Source: Octopus vulgaris
Taxonomy: Eukaryota
Direction of reading: 5' to 3'
Assembly: GCA_951406725.2 (NCBI GenBank)
Contig: OX597824.1
Span: 4,898,001-4,962,000 of the forward strand
DNA: 64,000 bases
The first letter of the stretch is position 1. Every line of letters starts with the position of its first letter. Of the stretch, positions 63,721 through 64,000 are shown one piece after another. Under the pieces are notes generated by a model. The model saw only the letters and a list, made by a program, of their open reading frames with translations. It was not told where the DNA came from and ran no database searches. A program made the translations under genes and the position numbers.

Positions 63721-63744
63721 CAGCTGTCGTTAATAGTTCCAGTA

Positions 63745-63820
63745 ATATATATATATATATACATACATACGTACATACGTATATATATACATACATACGT
63801 ACATACGTATGTACGTACGT

Positions 63821-63851
<31 letters not shown>

Positions 63852-63963
63852 TACATACATACATATATACATCATACATACATACATACGTACGTACATA
63901 CGTATGTACGTACGTACATACATACATACACACACACACATACATACATACACACACATACAT

Positions 63964-63994
<31 letters not shown>

Positions 63995-64000
63995 TATATA
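63745..64000. repeat. (TA)/(TACA)/(TACG)/(CA) compound microsatellite
   Basis: Directly visible. Confidence 0.95.

Overview
AT-rich, repeat-saturated eukaryotic DNA. The SINE/RTE/microsatellite make-up looks like an octopus (cephalopod) genome, which is inference from repeat style and not verified. No intact host protein-coding gene is supportable, and most track ORFs are translations of (TA)n/(CA)n/(GAA)n/(ATT)n tracts. Retroelements present: an RTE-type LINE family with a C4HC3 PHD-like finger inside ORF2 and a hairpin-repeat 3' UTR, other RTE fragments (one with a 5' inversion), a CR1 fragment nested in a Dong/R4 remnant, three Dong/R4 fragments stacked in (TAA)n tracts, Penelope-like remnants, and at least three modular tRNA-derived SINE families (labelled B, C, D here). 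DNA elements present: a full-length but decayed mariner with perfect 37-bp TIRs, two non-autonomous Helitrons and several MITEs. Best leads: a candidate minimal hammerhead ribozyme with a U3-A8 core swap at 7601-7646 plus decayed relatives, the PHD-bearing and (TA)n-associated RTE family, a SINE-tail/Dong target-site cluster at 42.9-47.1 kb, and head/tail shuffling among SINEs. All family names come from motif recognition by eye, not database searches.
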